Shown in pieces: positions 61,850 through 64,000 of a stretch of DNA of 64,000 bases. This stretch comes from the human T2T-CHM13v2.0 reference genome, Homo sapiens. The stretch's first letter is position 1. Each line of letters starts with the position of its first letter. Under the pieces are notes generated by a model that did no database searches, was not told the origin of the DNA, and worked only from the letters and a program-made list of their open reading frames with translations. The position numbers were made by a program, and so were the translations under genes. Where the stretch lies: assembly GCF_009914755.1 (NCBI RefSeq), contig NC_060935.1; one strand, written 5' to 3'.

Positions 61850-64000
61850 GAGTCATTTAAAAACAAACTGCATAGAAAAATATGTATATAATTATATTAT
61901 TGGGGCCATAATGTAAAAAGTAAGGTTCAATATTCCACTTTCAATAATGCATAGAACAACTAGTCAGAAAATCAGCAAAGAAACAGAACCTTTAATAATA
62001 CTATAGCACTTTAAACCAAATAGACCTAACAAACATCTATAGAACACTCTACCTAGATCAGCAGAGTACATATTCTTCTCAAGCACATATGAAACATTTT
62101 CCAGGAGAGACCACAGGCAACTTCATAAAGCAAGTTTCCACAAATTCCAAAAGATTAAACTCATACCAAGTATATTCTCTAACCATAATAACATAAAATT
62201 AAAAATCAATATCAGAGAAAGTTTGGCATATTCACAAGTATGTGGAAACAACGCATTTCTCTATAACCAATGAATAAATCATAAAAAATTCAAAATGTCT
62301 TAAAGTACAATATACCAAACCTTATGGAATGCATATAATGCACTACTAATATGGCAAGAAATTGCTATATTAAAAAGTAAAATGTATCAAGTCAATAGGC
62401 CAACCTTCCACTTTATGAAACTAGAAAAAGAAGACTTCAAGTAAGTCCAAAGTGAACCCAAGAAAGAAAATAATTTGGGCTACAGTGTTAATAAATTTAA
62501 AAGAAACTAGAGAAACAATAGAGAAAAATCAACAAAACCAAAACTAATTCTTTGAAAAGATTAACAAAATCTACAGACCGCTAGGTAGACTGACCAAGAA
62601 AATGAGAGAAGGCTTCACCTACTAGGACCAAGAGTGGAAGAGGGGTTATCACTATTGACTTTACAAAAATTAAAAGAATTATAAGGGAATAATGTAAACA
62701 CCTGCCAATAATTTAGAAAATGTAGATATTATGGAAAAATTCCTAGATAGACATAAATTACAGAAACTGACTCAAGAGTAAATAGAAAATTTGAATAGAT
62801 TATATTATTAATTTAAAAGCCTCTTACAAGGAAAAGCTAAGGCCAAGATGACCGCAATGGTGAATTTTGAAAAACACTCGAAAAAGAATTAATACCAATC
62901 CTTCACAAACTTTTCTAAATATTATAACAGGAAGAGACAATTCTCAAATCATTCTGAGGCCACAATTACTCTGATAACAAAACCAGACAAAAACGTCCCA
63001 AGAAAACTACAGGCCAATGCATCTTATGACTATGGACACAAAAATCATTAACAAAATACTAACAAACCAAATTCAGAAACATATGAAAGGAATTATCCAC
63101 CATGACCAAGTGGGCTTTATCTTAGTGTAAGGTTAGTTTAACATAATAACAAATCAATTAATGTAATATACCAAGTTAATAAAAGAAAGTACAATAAGCA
63201 CATGATCATTTCAAAAGGAGCAGTAAATTATTTAACAAAATACAATCTCTTTCCTGATTTGGGGAAAAAAAAAAAAAACTCTCAACAAACTAGGAATAAA
63301 AGAGAATATTCTCAACCCAATGACAGGCATTCATAAAAAAAACAAAAAAAAAACCAAAAAAACAAAAAATATGTTTCTTAGGGAAAGATTGAATGCTTTT
63401 CCTCTAAGATCAGAGGAAGGTAAGAATATCCACTATAGCCACTTTTTAAAACATATTACTGGAGATTATAACCAGTAAAATTAGGGGGAGGGCAGTGCTC
63501 TAGAGTGGAAAAAATAAAACTGCTCTTTTTGCAGATGACATGATCCTATATATGGAAAATCCTAAAAAATCCACTAAAAAGCTATTAACACTGATAAAAT
63601 GTTCATTACAAAACATCAAAAATTGTATTTTATAAACAATGATCATTCTGAACATAATAAGAAAACAATTCCATTTAAAAATGTTATTTATATATTTTAA
63701 AATAATACGATACATAGGTATAATTTTAACAAAGTAAGTTCAAGACTTTTATACTGAATACTATACAACGTTGTTGAAAGAAATGTAACCATATGGATTG
63801 TAAGACTCGACACTATTGATATGGCAATACTCCCCAAATTAATTTATAGGTTCAACACAATCGCTATTTAAATCTCAGCTGGTTTTTTGAAGAAATTGAC
63901 AACATGATCCTAAAATGCATAAGAAAATGCAAGGGACTCGAATAGCCAAATAATCTTGGAAAAAAACAAAATTGTAAGACTCACATTTTTTAATTTCCAA
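61850..64000 (+). mobile_element. Old L1M ORF2, probably continuing the 56540 element; runs off the window
   Basis: gacctaacaaacatctatagaacact, ccaccatgaccaagtggg, tttgcagatgacatgat (FADD) at ~63530. Confidence 0.85.

Overview
Primate (most likely human) intergenic or deep-intronic DNA, AT-rich and mostly transposable elements. It holds nested L1s of many ages (L1ME/MB to L1PA4-like), Alus, MIR/L2, MaLRs (a complete THE1 with both LTRs and TSD, an MST, solo THE1 LTRs), an ERV-L pol/dUTPase remnant with its MLT2 LTR, and ERV1 solo LTRs. I find no supportable host protein-coding gene, RNA gene or CRISPR array; the longer ORFs are L1/ERV/MaLR remnants or microsatellite artefacts. The interest lies in unusual retrotransposition and repair products. 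(1) A TSD-flanked young L1 whose intact 55-nt 5' end is fused to mid-ORF2 exactly at a 5'UTR GT donor, probably a retrotransposed spliced L1 RNA lacking ~3.95 kb. (2) A near-full-length L1PA6-like element flanked by a ~115-bp target-site duplication. (3) A TSD-flanked insert made of an inverted L1 fragment plus non-L1 sequence with its own AATAAA and poly(A), consistent with twin priming plus an orphan transduction. (4) A seven-copy ~141-bp monomer array in an old L1 5'UTR. (5) Three fold-back/template-switch scars in L1 sequence. (6) Two ancient short local duplications. Subfamily names come from recalled diagnostic motifs, not a database search, and boundaries of old elements are approximate.
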